55,711 nt of DNA from Candidatus Omnitrophota bacterium (GTDB lineage Bacteria; Omnitrophota; Gorgyraeia; Tantalellales; Tantalellaceae), in assembly GCA_024277375.1 (NCBI GenBank), contig JAJRVD010000062.1, positions 1 through 55,711 of the forward strand. The letters run 5' to 3'. Position numbers and translations under genes: made by a program. Every line of letters begins with the position of its first letter. The stretch's first letter is position 1. Under the pieces are notes generated by a model. The model made no database searches. It was given only the letters and a program-made list of their open reading frames with translations, and was not told where the DNA came from. Shown piece after piece: positions 39,133 through 49,597 of the stretch.

Positions 39133-40858
39133 CTATCGTTCCAGCACCTTCATCAATTTCTCCAAACTATACGTATTAATTACATCTTTTTTCTCAAGCC
39201 AACCTCGCTTAGCGGTTACCACCCCGTAGATCATCTCATCTAGCTGTCCCACCTCATGCGAATCCGTACTAATGACAAACTTAGCTCCAAGCTCTTTCGC
39301 GCGCCGCGAGTTAACATCATTAAGGTCTATTCTATCTCCATGCGTATTTATTTAAAGGGCAATATTTTCCTCAACCGCTTTTTTGAACACTTTATCGAAG
39401 TCTATCCGGATCGCGCTGCGAGCTGTTATCAGCCTCCCAGAAGGATGTGCGAGAATATTTACATACTTATTATCCAGAGCCCGTAAAATACGTTCGGTTT
39501 GTTTTTTTTTCATCAAGCGCAAAAAACGAATGTACCGCCGCGATCACAACATCCAGTTCTTTTAACACACTGTCATCCATATCAAGCTTACCGTTCTTAA
39601 GAATATCCACTTCCACTCCGGCAAGTATCTTTATACCTTTTATCTTTTTGTCTATTGCCCGTATGTTTTTTACATGTTTTAACAGACGTTTCTCATCCAT
39701 ACCACCCGCGATACGCACATATTTTGAGTGATCCGTTATAGCTATATAGTTGTACCCCTTTTGCTTCGCGGCTCGAGCCAGCTCCTCTATGGAACAGGAT
39801 CCGTCACTCGCGGTCGTATGCATATGAAGATCGCCCTTTATATCCCTCAGTTTTAGAAACTTCCGTGGTAGAGTTCCCTGCCGCGACAATTCGATCTCGC
39901 CACGATTTTCACGCATCTCAGGTGGGATCCATGACATGCCTATTTTTTCGTATACTTCCTCCTCGGTCCTACCGGCCACTTTACGTCCGCTCTTCACAGA
40001 AAAGACTCCGTACTCGTTAACTTTATAGCCTTTTCTCCTGGCTATTTTGCGCATCTCGATATTGTGTTGTTTTGATCCCGTAAAATATACGAGTGCCGCG
40101 CCGAAAGAAGCTTCATCAACTATCCTGAGATCTATCTGAGGACCTTCCTTTAAGGATATACTCGACTTGGTTGCCCCCTTGACAATTATTTCGGCGGCAT
40201 CCGGATAATTGGTAAAATAATCCATTGCCGCGCCGGCATTATCGGCCACAGCAAGTATATCCAGATCACCAATGGTTTCTCTGCCGCGACGCAGACTTCC
40301 GGCTTGTTCTATTTTTTTGAAATTGCGAGACTTCGATAAATACTCTACGATTTTCGCGGCAAAGTACGTCGCCTCGGGAAGAAGCATACGCCCTTCACTT
40401 TTTTTGAAATGTTTTATTGCCGCTAATAATTTATCCTGGGTCTTCGCCCCCATACCATCAAGAGACTCGAGCTCACCGGCCTTACAGGCTTTTTCCAGTT
40501 CGCTCACATTCTCGACCCCCAACTCGTCTCTCAATTTTTTTAATTTTTTGGGACCCAACCCCGAAAGATCAAGCATATCAAGGAACCCAGCGGGGAATTC
40601 TTCGGTGAGTTTATTGTAATACCCGAGATCGTTTGTGGTTACAAGCTCAACTATCTTCTCTTTCAGATCTTTGCCTATACCGGGAATATCAGAAAGTTGA
40701 GATCCATCTTCGGAATATATATCTTTAAGCTGGCGGGAAAATCCGGAAATGTTTTGCGAGGCGGTACGGTAAGCACGCACCCTGAAAGGGTTGGCCCCCT
40801 GTATTTCAAGCGCATCCGCTATACGGGAAAATATATGTGATATTTGCCTGTTATCCAT
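39133..40858 (-). pseudogene. polX: Family X DNA polymerase with PHP domain, disrupted by an A9 frameshift and an in-frame TAA
   Basis: ORF 39470-40858 holds the HhH/PolX core and the start of the PHP domain (HMHTTASDG). The frame changes in the A9 run (39502-39510). It continues EKKQTERILRALDNKYVNILAHPSGRLI..NIAL-TAA(39352-39354)-INTHGDRIDL..STDSH.. to TAG at 39133. Confidence 0.85.
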
Positions 40859-40868
40859 TATGTTATAT

Positions 40869-41047
40869 TAGACTCATACAAAACACTGTTTTTTCAATCA
40901 GACCGTGTCATAATGTAGGGGCTTGATTCATCAAGCCCGTTATATCGGGTTCGATAAATCGACCCCCTACAATATACTGTATGCGGCCATCCGCAAAACA
41001 AATTACGATACAGCCCGAATAACGAAAGTTCCGTTTTGTAGTGTCCT
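40869..41047 (+). mobile_element. MITE-like element carrying a REPIN core
   Basis: TAGACTCATACAAAACACTG.., core 40915-40970, ..TGTATGCGGCCATCCGCAAAAC..TTTTGTAGTGTCCT. Confidence 0.8.
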
Positions 41048-41126
41048 CATTTATATAGTATAAGAGAAAACCCACCCCGTAAAGGTAAAAGTTACGTTTA
41101 TGCTTTGACTAAATATGAAACATATA

Positions 41127-41155
41127 TTGATTTTTAAGCAATCTTGTATTATAAT
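41127..41155 (+). promoter_or_regulatory. Sigma70-type promoter giving a near-leaderless sigma-factor mRNA
   Basis: TTGATT-17 nt-TATAAT, with 6 nt between the -10 box and the ATG at 41162. Confidence 0.45.
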
Positions 41156-41161
41156 GAGCGT

Positions 41162-41731
41162 ATGACTACTGAGGTTTTACTAAAACAATGCGTGGACCGA
41201 GACCTTACTGCCTGGGATAAATTCGCGTGCCTCTATAACCCTCTTGTCATCAAAAGTGTGCGGTATAAACTTGGTAAAATGAATGTTCGCGTCTCAAAAA
41301 GTGAATACCGTGATATAGCACAGGAAATATTTCTGTTTATCTGGGAAAAGGAAAAACTATCAGGTGTGCGCGATCCAAAATGCCTTAAAAGCTGGCTTAT
41401 TATATTTTCTTTGAATTTCACGTCAAACTATTGCAGGAAAATGCTTAAGAAATCAGAAGACACGTTTTCGTTCGATGACACTCTGGTCCCTTCTTTTAAG
41501 TTTACTCCGACTAAAATGTTGGAATCCAAGGAACTTGGTAATATAATCAAGGAGAAGATCGCTGAATTTGATAACACCCAGCAACTCGCGCTTAAGTTGC
41601 ATATATATCATAACAAGAAACAAAAAGACATTGCCGGGATAATGAACCTGCCGATCGGAACTGTCTCAACACTGCTCCGGCGCGGTAAAAGTATACTCAG
41701 GGAGCGGCTTAGGGATACGTTGGATATATGA
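41162..41731 (+). CDS. ECF-type RNA polymerase sigma factor
   Basis: Region 2 (DIAQEIFLFIW) and region 4 HTH (QKDIAGIMNLPIGTVSTLLRRGK). ATG 41162 preferred over TTG 41144. Confidence 0.85.
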   Translation: MTTEVLLKQCVDRDLTAWDKFACLYNPLVIKSVRYKLGKMNVRVSKSEYRDIAQEIFLFIWEKEKLSGVRDPKCLKSWLIIFSLNFTSNYCRKMLKKSEDTFSFDDTLVPSFKFTPTKMLESKELGNIIKEKIAEFDNTQQLALKLHIYHNKKQKDIAGIMNLPIGTVSTLLRRGKSILRERLRDTLDI

Positions 41732-41770
41732 TGCGTTACGAGTAATTATAACCTGAAAAGGAGAACCAAT

Positions 41771-42181
41771 ATGAATAATCGGATATGCCCATCAGACGCG
41801 ACGTTAAGCGAATACCTGGGGGACACACTTACGCCGGAATGCAAAGCCAGCGTAGAAGCGCATCTTGCCCTCTGCACGAGGTGTCAGAAACTATTAGTGG
41901 AAACACAGGAAATCTTAAATAAGCCCTATGCCCGCGGCATCATACATAACATAGTTTTCTGGATAAAAACCAACCGCTGGCTTATTGCCTCGACTGTTAC
42001 ACTCACGCTTTCATTTCTTGCATCTAAATACTTTCTTCAATTCCTTGTCGCCTCGATCCTCACCGGCGCCAAATGGATCATCGACTCCAAAACCACAAAA
42101 ACACTCATTATGATCCAAAAAGCGATACAATCCGGGGACAATGAAGAGACTAAAAGCATTCTTTCAAAAATTAACCGATAA
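41771..42181 (+). CDS. Anti-sigma factor (zf-HC2) with one TM segment
   Basis: HLALCTRCQKLL HxxxCxxC motif, then TM helix WLIASTVTLTLSFLA. Immediately downstream of the ECF sigma gene. Confidence 0.7.
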   Translation: MNNRICPSDATLSEYLGDTLTPECKASVEAHLALCTRCQKLLVETQEILNKPYARGIIHNIVFWIKTNRWLIASTVTLTLSFLASKYFLQFLVASILTGAKWIIDSKTTKTLIMIQKAIQSGDNEETKSILSKINR

Positions 42182-42248
42182 CTCTCTCTTCCCGGCGCGA
42201 TAGACACGCTGGAGCGGGTCACGCGAAGAATGCGCGGATTGAAATCTA

Positions 42249-44447
42249 TTACTGTCTTCCGCCCTTAAAGGCGGTTATTGCTACGAAAAGAAGTAAAAGC
42301 GGAATAATTATGGCTAGTATTGTTAATATCTCGACAGATACATTCTTGAATATCTCTTTTTTAGTCTTTTTCTGACCGGTTGCTTCTTCAGATAGCTTAC
42401 TCAATTTGAAAAGGCCGATACCTTTATCTATAAAATTCGATTCTACTTTGATAATAACGACATCTTCATCTTCCCTCCATATGCCCATATCTCCAAACGA
42501 AGCATAATTGATCTTACAATTCCTTAACCTTGACCCTTCTTTAAGCCTAAGCCCCTTCCAGCTCCTTCCTGCCGCTTTCCCTCCCGAGTATCCCCCGTAC
42601 AAACTATCTCCGAGGCAGGTAAAAACAACCGGTTCCGAGTCCTTTCCCTCGGCAATAATTTTGCCGCTGATAACAGCTCCCTCAGTGGCTTTTACGACGC
42701 TTCCCGCCTCAACGGTAAGTTGGGCTTTATCTGAAATATCAAGCGACTGAACATGATAGTCACCCTTCTGCCATAAAACACTACGAGATATATTCTCCCC
42801 TTCTATCTTAATCGCGTCAGAATACGCGTTCCCTTTTATTTTATTGTCCACCAAATTATTTTCAGCGTCCGCGACTATACCGTATGACTTATTGTTTTTG
42901 ATCTCATTACTTAAAACATCTACATAATTCTTTATTCGTTCCGGGCTCTTTGACTATTCGCCTCTCTGACTCCCGGTGAATATCCCGCCAGCAGAGTTAC
43001 CACGTATCTCATTACCTATTATAACCGATGAATTTTTAACACTTTGATCTTTATGTGACTTTGAATCCGAAACTAAAATACCATTCTTTTCGTTTTTTGA
43101 TATATTATTTCCCGAGACCAGAACTTTTGTGTCTCGTCCTTCTGTTTTTATTCCTACCCCGTTATGGGCATTGCTCGTAACACTGCTGTTTTTGAGGACC
43201 GACTCTCCTCTTAAAGAAACCGCGTCGGTTTTGTCCCTGCCCGCGTACTCGATTTTACAATTATTGAGAACCGATTCCCCGTTAAGATCAAGCCCCTTCC
43301 AATCCCCGGGAGACGCTCTCTTCCTGGCTGAGGTAAATATTATCGGTTCTCCTCCGGAGGCATCAGCAATGATATTGCCTGAAAGCGATGCCTGTCCCGC
43401 CATAAATCTGACCTCCACTCCCGGCTCTATTATCAAACTCGCGCCGTTCTCAATAACAACCGCGGAACTCACCAGATATGGACCACCTTCACGCGTCAAT
43501 ATCGTATCTTTCGTTATCCTGTCGGGAAGACCCGTTCCTCCTAAAAAATTTTCCGCGGCTGTTGTTTCAAGGGAAAACCCGCTTTCATACCCTTCCCGCA
43601 CGGCGGTAACAGTATAGAAATAATCTCCCGCCGGGATGCCTATATCCGTATAGCTATTGCCCGACACCGGCTCTGAGTTTATTTTTCCATAAGATCGCCC
43701 TGAAACATTAGTACGATAGATATTATAGCCAGCGACTGATCCCTCATCGATAAGATCCCAGGACACCACTGAATTTGCCTCTTCCCTTTTAGCCCTTACA
43801 TTTTCGGGACCGTCAAAAAATTCAACGGTTCCCTCGGAACTGTAAAAATAAGTTATATGAAACACCAGCGGTTTACTTTCGATCCCACATATATTTTTTG
43901 ATTTTATAACCAGCGTATTAAGGCCCCGCTTCAACTCAAAACTCCCTTTCCATTTTCTGGAAGATGTCGGTGGCGCCACTTCAGTGCCATTGATATATAC
44001 CGAACTGTACGCGTCTTTCTGCCCCTTGAATTTCTCAAGCTTATCGTTGGTATACGTATACATCAGGTCAAGATCCGGCGTTCGCGGAACCCGTACATTT
44101 CCCTCTATAACGAGATCAGACTTATTTTCTTTCACGCCAAGCAAAAAATTATTCTTCTTTTTTATAACAACCTCATTAACCCGAACCGTAAGAACACCTT
44201 TGTTAAGTATCAGATTACTGAGAACAATGTCCTCTATTTGGTATCGACCGTTACTACCGGTCAAGGCGGTATACTCCACATCTCCGACTAAAAGCGATAC
44301 CTTCGCTCCGCGCACTGTCGCGTTATCAGGGATTTGAGATACAGTGCCCTTTAAAATCGTAGTAATATATTTGTTATTGGCATGGGATTCGGTGGGAAAC
44401 GCTATTATGATCAGAAATAGAGCTAGGATGTAAGGTCTGGTTTTCAT
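42249..44447 (-). pseudogene. Large secreted protein (CarboxypepD_reg-like, Fn3-like, parallel beta-helix repeats, C-terminal TM anchor) interrupted by an in-frame TAG
   Basis: ORF 42954-44447 (signal peptide ...ESHANNKY) ends ..FTGSQRGE-TAG (42954-42956). 33 stop-free in-frame codons with beta-helix-like repeats (NEIKNNKSYGIVADAENNLVDNKIKGNAY) run into ORF 42249-42854, which has only a TTG as nominal start. Confidence 0.7.
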
Positions 44448-44554
44448 AACTATTTTTTATTAGATCCTTCGACTCTCTCGCGTTGCTCGTTCGCTCAGGA
44501 TGACAGAGAGGAAAGCCACCTCTTCTACTTACTCATCACGTATTACGCTTTACC

Positions 44555-45136
44555 CTAGCGCCTTTTCTTAATATCTTCCGGCTCATCCTGTTCATCGGCC
44601 AGGACTATTTTCTCGACAGACATCCTACAGCTTAATACATCCGATCCTCTTTCTTTTGGTCTTAACCTCAAGTTAGATATCCTCAAAAGCTTCTTAGATT
44701 TTTCTATACTATGCATAAATCTAACTATCTGGTCCATAAGTCCTTCACAGTCGACTTTTACTACATAGGCCTTTAGCAACCCCTCTCTCCGGGTGCCGCT
44801 GGGAGACGAATCTACCAGATAAACTTCATCTTCATCGGCTAATTCTTCTATCTGAGCTAAAACAGCAGCTAACTCATCTTCCGAAGACAATGCTTCTAAG
44901 GGATATTTTTTGTACATCTCAACTTCTTTTAATATCCTTTCCCTATTGGATAATATACGTATGTTTGATTTTAGAAGCACTTCTTTTTCGCCTATCGTAC
45001 TATCCAATGTTTGTATCTGTCCCATTATAGGGCCAAGTATCAGTCTATCCGAGAACACAACGAATATCACAAACACCGAAATTATCAAAATCGTACGTTC
45101 TCTTGAGGATAAATTCGCTAAGATCTTATCTAACAT
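44555..45136 (-). CDS. PilO/GspM-like assembly protein
   Basis: 193 aa: TM anchor, coiled coil, C-terminal alpha/beta domain. Follows the PilMN-like gene. Confidence 0.45.
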   Translation of the reverse strand: MLDKILANLSSRERTILIISVFVIFVVFSDRLILGPIMGQIQTLDSTIGEKEVLLKSNIRILSNRERILKEVEMYKKYPLEALSSEDELAAVLAQIEELADEDEVYLVDSSPSGTRREGLLKAYVVKVDCEGLMDQIVRFMHSIEKSKKLLRISNLRLRPKERGSDVLSCRMSVEKIVLADEQDEPEDIKKRR

Positions 45137-45139
45137 AAA

Positions 45140-46597
45140 TTACCTTTTTTTCAATTCTCCGACTATTTCAAAAATAGCCACATCACGATCTTTTTCTTTT
45201 CTTTTAGACGTGTACTTAGCCTCTATATTTTTAAAATACGAGGAACCTTCCATTATACCTATAAACGTAAACACACTGGACATCGAGTCAGAGAACCCTC
45301 TTATCGAGAACACATCCCCCGCGGAAAGTTTTATATCGGATAAATACGTGTTATCCGGCAACAGATCATGGATCTCCGATACAACGTTCAACATATACCC
45401 CTGATTTGAAAGATAGTTCTTTACCAATTTGACCTCAGTCATAGCTTTCTCAAGCATTTCTACATCTCCCGATATAGCGTTTAATTGTTGCTGAATACGT
45501 TTGGCATAAACGCTACGGAAATATATTTTCCCTATGAGCACACTGCATAAAAGCGTCATTATTATTATAACGTAAACGCCGGATTTGATCATCGACCTGC
45601 TCCGCTGTTCAAGCTTATGCTTGAATTTCACTTCCTCGGGCAAAAGATTGACCGTCATCGCGTCCGGAGCCAAAAGAGGCGCGACGACGTTCAGAAAAGA
45701 CATCCTCTTGGCACCCTCAATAAGCGTACTCACCGCCTTATCACTCATAGGAAGATGGCTGAAGTACGGAACTATCCTTGCCGGAACATGCAATGTCGCG
45801 TTCAATTTTTTCTCCAGATCTCTTACCTCTTCGGTAGCGCCCAATAAATATAAATTAGTCGGAACGCTTCCAATATTCTCGGACTGATAAGCATCCATTG
45901 ATAATCTGATCTGTTCAATAAATTTATTTTCGCTCACTTCTTTGTCAGAAAGAAAATGCTCAGCGCCTATAGGCATACTTCTTACAAACAACGGCATATT
46001 TTTCAACACTACCGTGAAATCCGTATATTCGTCGTCTATATAGGCGAAAACAATGGGTGAATCACTGGCACTCATCTTCAGGATGGAAGGATATATCGAC
46101 GCGAAGGCTTCCGGACAAAAAACCATCCTCTCTACCCTCAGATGCGCGGCAGACAATATATTAAGCTGCCTCATAATGACATTGCGATTTACAATGATCA
46201 GTAAAATTTTCGTGTACGTCTGTTTATGAACCCCCAGATTTACATGATCAACCACTATCTCTTCCCGGGCAAAAGGGGTATGTCTGCCTGCCTGGAGATT
46301 AATTATTTCCTCCACTTCCCTGATATCGCGGGACGGGACTTCTATGTTTTTCGTCATTGTGATCTGATTTGGAATAGGACAAATAACGGCGGGGTTCTTC
46401 GCTTTCAGTTCACTGACATACTCTTCCACAAGCCCGGTAATCTCAGCATCCGACATGCCCTTGGTATCGTGGTCGATAAGACGTACTATTTCGCGCTTAA
46501 TATTAGATATTTTCGCGTGTGCTATTTTTAAATGATGTCCGCTTAAATCTATAGCTACCACATCTTTACTCGCGAACATTGAAAGTGGACTATCCAA
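45140..46597 (-). CDS. PilM-PilN-like (GspL-like) fusion protein
   Basis: 485 aa. Actin-like N-terminal part (VVAIDLSGHHLKIAH), internal TM (VYVIIIMTLLCSVLIG), PilN-like C-terminus. TTG start with AGGAG 8 nt upstream. Confidence 0.55.
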   Translation of the reverse strand: MDSPLSMFASKDVVAIDLSGHHLKIAHAKISNIKREIVRLIDHDTKGMSDAEITGLVEEYVSELKAKNPAVICPIPNQITMTKNIEVPSRDIREVEEIINLQAGRHTPFAREEIVVDHVNLGVHKQTYTKILLIIVNRNVIMRQLNILSAAHLRVERMVFCPEAFASIYPSILKMSASDSPIVFAYIDDEYTDFTVVLKNMPLFVRSMPIGAEHFLSDKEVSENKFIEQIRLSMDAYQSENIGSVPTNLYLLGATEEVRDLEKKLNATLHVPARIVPYFSHLPMSDKAVSTLIEGAKRMSFLNVVAPLLAPDAMTVNLLPEEVKFKHKLEQRSRSMIKSGVYVIIIMTLLCSVLIGKIYFRSVYAKRIQQQLNAISGDVEMLEKAMTEVKLVKNYLSNQGYMLNVVSEIHDLLPDNTYLSDIKLSAGDVFSIRGFSDSMSSVFTFIGIMEGSSYFKNIEAKYTSKRKEKDRDVAIFEIVGELKKR

Positions 46598-46625
46598 AAC
46601 TTTGATCTCCTTTTTGCAGTGTATA

Positions 46626-46804
46626 TAGACTCCCGCAAAACGCTGTTTTTTTAATCAGACTGTGTCATAATGTAGGGGCTTGATTCATCAAGCCCGTTAT
46701 ATCGGGTTCGATAAATCGAACCCCTACAATATATTGCATGCGGCCATCCGCGAAACGAATTATGACATGACCCGAATGGCGAAAGTTCCATTTTGCAGGA
46801 TCCT
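46626..46804 (+). mobile_element. MITE-like element carrying a REPIN core (best-preserved copy)
   Basis: TAGACTCCCGCAAAACGCTGTTTTTTTAATCAGACTGTGTCATAAT, core 46672-46727, ..TGCATGCGGCCATCCGCGAAAC..GAAAGTTCCATTTTGCAGGATCCT. Confidence 0.85.
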
Positions 46805-46901
46805 TCAGTATATAGCATGTGATATGTAGTTGAGATCCCTCCACTCGTTTCGCTCGGTCGGGATGACAACCAGAAAGCTCGCCTAAGCACCATATACTGG
46901 C

Positions 46902-48020
46902 TCATTCCTCTGGCACACTCTCCGTATAAAATCTCTCTCTCCAGTATTTTATAGCCTCTTTGCCTCTTCCCAGACCGGAACGATCAAAAATACAAACAAC
47001 TTCAGCGACCGATCGCTTACAGGGAAATCTTGCCACGCTCTTTATCGTGAACACGCTGGAGATAGTATCCAGTTTATTTGCCGAAACCAAATTGGCGAGC
47101 TCCGCGGATTCTTTGGAAGTCAACGCCATTTCCTTGTTTAGATCAGCGGTTATAGCGCCTCTCGCGGTAAAGTAATAATCGTCAAAAGTTCCCTCTTCGC
47201 CATCCATACCGGTTCTAAACCGAATAATTTTATTTATCAGGTCTCTTCCTATCCCGAGCGCGTTCAAAACGGTTTTTGAGGCCGTATTTATATTTACCCG
47301 CCCGTTACCGTATACGGTTATATAAGGCCTTATATTGTCATAAATTTCCGGCGTGATTCCTTTAACCAGCTGTAATTCTTCCACAAGCTCGAACGGCGAA
47401 CTTTTGCAATTGTACGGGGGCTTAAGCCCGCTATAATATTTCGACTCGGCGCCATTTATTTTCGGGAAATCATCTTTATCCCGCCAGTCTATGATCGCGG
47501 CGGCTATATCATCAGCTTTTTTCTTACCCAATCCCGCCGCGAGTCTGAACAGTTTTTTCATTATATCATAGTCAGCGGTATTAATATTTATTTTTCTTTC
47601 CTCGTCTATCATTCCATATCGTTTTTCCAGATCCTTATAATCGCCGGGAGAGTAAGGATACTCCACCGAAAACTCCACCCCACCCAGATCTACCCCTCCG
47701 AGAAAATCGTTAATACTCCATGACTCCACCAACGCGTCATAAAGCATACCCTTTTCCTTTTCCGACAAAACAACTATTGCCGCTTCCACCCCGGATGTCG
47801 CGGCCAGGCGCAGTTTATGGCGCTTACTTAACCTGTAAACGAAATCGATCTTACTCCTGGCGCTATTACCCATAGAAAGAGCGAACATGGTCAATATGGC
47901 AAGCGACCACATCGCGACCATAAGCACGCTTCCTCGATTAAATCCCTTCCGTCTCTTCTTTAAACTCGATCTTCGCGACAGGGATATTGATCGTTTTAAT
48001 GTAATTAGAAAGTTTTTCAT
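46902..48020 (-). CDS. gspK: Minor pseudopilin GspK
   Basis: N-terminus ..NRGSVLMVAMWSLAILTMF. Two HhH-like motifs (ININTADYDIMKKL, VNINTASKTVLNAL). ATG 48020 overlaps the gspJ-like 3' end by 83 nt. Alternative ATG 47921 has GAGGA upstream but would remove the RGSVL motif. Confidence 0.75.
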   Translation of the reverse strand: MKNFLITLKRSISLSRRSSLKKRRKGFNRGSVLMVAMWSLAILTMFALSMGNSARSKIDFVYRLSKRHKLRLAATSGVEAAIVVLSEKEKGMLYDALVESWSINDFLGGVDLGGVEFSVEYPYSPGDYKDLEKRYGMIDEERKININTADYDIMKKLFRLAAGLGKKKADDIAAAIIDWRDKDDFPKINGAESKYYSGLKPPYNCKSSPFELVEELQLVKGITPEIYDNIRPYITVYGNGRVNINTASKTVLNALGIGRDLINKIIRFRTGMDGEEGTFDDYYFTARGAITADLNKEMALTSKESAELANLVSANKLDTISSVFTIKSVARFPCKRSVAEVVCIFDRSGLGRGKEAIKYWRERFYTESVPEE

Positions 48021-48546
48021 CTTTTCCAAACGCTAATTCCAGCTTAACAGCTATCGGTATTCCACGAGACCACTCCTTTACCCACGCGTAAACACGCATA
48101 GCTTCATCGTATATATAATACGAAAATTTCGCGAACGCTATATCCGGGATAGCTTCTTTTTCAGGAGAAGTCTTCTCTTCCTGTATCTGATAAAATGTTT
48201 CCTTTACGCTGTATATAGCCTCTTTTCTGTCATCATAAAAATATGTCATTCTTCCCGGAAGAGTTTTACCGTCTCCGGAAAGAACAAACGTAGGTATCTA
48301 AACAGCGGCTTCGTCACCGCTAAAATCAATGCCTTTGTATACAATAGCATTCTTTACATCCGTAGTGAATTTATCAAAAAATATTGCCACCTCACCCTCC
48401 ATGGCGATACCATTTACTCGACGCCAAATATCTATGCCGTTATTAAGAACTCCGCCCAGGGCAAGAGCGATAACCGAAAGCATCGCCGCTACCAGCATAA
48501 CTTCGATGAAGGTGAAACATTTCTGCGTTCGCAATCTCTTTTTCAT
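47938..48546 (-). pseudogene. GspJ/PilW-like pseudopilin interrupted by an in-frame TAG
   Basis: MKKRLRTQKC|FTFIEVMLVAAML.. (Cys rather than Gly at position -1) ..FSGDEAAV-TAG (48298-48300)-IPTFVLSGDGKTLPGRMTYFYDD.., continuing in the same frame to 47938. Confidence 0.7.
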
Positions 48547-48549
48547 TAT

Positions 48550-48939
48550 TTATTTTCGCACATATACAATTCGGGAGTTTCTTATTTTTTTCGGTCCGGA
48601 GTGCCACATATAACCTATTTCGATCTTGTAAAGCCCTTGTCTATGGTCCAACACTGTTATCTCTCTTTCCCATATCAAGTCCCTGTCATCAACTCTGGTC
48701 CCCCCTGACTCAATATTCGGAAATAAATATCCGTTCTGTCGCAAAAGATTTTCCGATGCCCAGATCTTCTCATCCATCAAGATCTGTGTCTTTAAATAGT
48801 ACGGCATGCTTTTGGCGGCATCGGCGGTAATAAAAAAAGATTCGTATATCGCGATAAGGCCAAAAGACAAGAACGCGATCGCCACCATTAGTTCGTAGAG
48901 GCTAAAACCCTTTTTAGTCCCAATTGACAACATCGTCAT
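48550..48939 (-). CDS. GspI-like pseudopilin
   Basis: KKG|FSLYELMVAIAFLSFGLIAI prepilin motif. 129 aa. Confidence 0.7.
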   Translation of the reverse strand: MTMLSIGTKKGFSLYELMVAIAFLSFGLIAIYESFFITADAAKSMPYYLKTQILMDEKIWASENLLRQNGYLFPNIESGGTRVDDRDLIWEREITVLDHRQGLYKIEIGYMWHSGPKKIRNSRIVYVRK

Positions 48940-49309
48940 CCGAACCTTCCCGTCCGTCTTTGCCTACCGAGAACAGATCATAACTTTGAGATCTATGCGT
49001 TCCGGGAGATTTATATTTATACTTTCTTCCCCACGGATCTATGGGGGCTTTTTCCAGGTACGGTCCATTCCAATTAAGGGCAGAACCCGGCTTATTGAAC
49101 AGCTCGTTCAGTGACCTGGGATAACCACCATTGTCCAATTCATATAATTTCAAAGCAGTTGAGATATTCGCGCTAACATCGGCCTGGGCAGCGGCAACCC
49201 TTGCCTGTTCGGATCGGCCCGCGAGACGCGGAATAACCATAGCGCTCAACGCACCGATGATTATAACGACAAGCATAAGCTCAATTAACGTAAACCCTTT
49301 GATTTTCAT
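48914..49309 (-). CDS. gspG: Major pseudopilin GspG
   Basis: MKIKG|FTLIELMLVVIIIGALSAMVIPR, then ..DPWGRKYKY..SVGKDGREGSDDD, typical of GspG. AAGGAG 8 nt upstream. Confidence 0.9.
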   Translation of the reverse strand: MKIKGFTLIELMLVVIIIGALSAMVIPRLAGRSEQARVAAAQADVSANISTALKLYELDNGGYPRSLNELFNKPGSALNWNGPYLEKAPIDPWGRKYKYKSPGTHRSQSYDLFSVGKDGREGSDDDVVNWD

Positions 49310-49343
49310 AACTTATCTCCTTTTTAAAACCTTTTTTGTCATT

Positions 49344-49465
49344 CAGACTGTGTCGCAAGTCACTTTGTAAAGGACTGCATACAATATATTGTAGGGGTTC
49401 GATGAATCGAACCCGATATAACGGGCTTGATAAATCAAGCCCCTACATTATGACACAGTCTGATC
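49344..49465. repeat. REPIN-like double hairpin with truncated arms
   Basis: CAGACTGTGTCGCAAG.., core 49391-49446 (GTAGGGGTTCGATGAATCGAACCC-gatataac-GGGCTTGATAAATCAAGCCCCTAC), ATTATGACACAGTCTGAT. Confidence 0.9.
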
Positions 49466-49597
49466 GCGGGTGAGGCCCAGTGAGCGAAGCAATCTCTATA
49501 GATATTAGTCACTTTAGGAGATTGCTTCGTCGGCACTTCGTGCCTTCTCGCAATAACGATTAAATTCTCATCTATCGATCATGGACTATGGACCAAT

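Noticed and set aside
47921-48029. The 83-nt gspJ/gspK overlap as evidence of another frameshift
   Set aside because: Both frames give sensible sequence: the GspJ tail ..INIPVAK.. and the GspK N-terminus ..RGSVLMVAMW... An alternative gspK ATG at 47921 with GAGGA would remove the overlap. The evidence cannot be resolved from sequence alone, so no frameshift is claimed.
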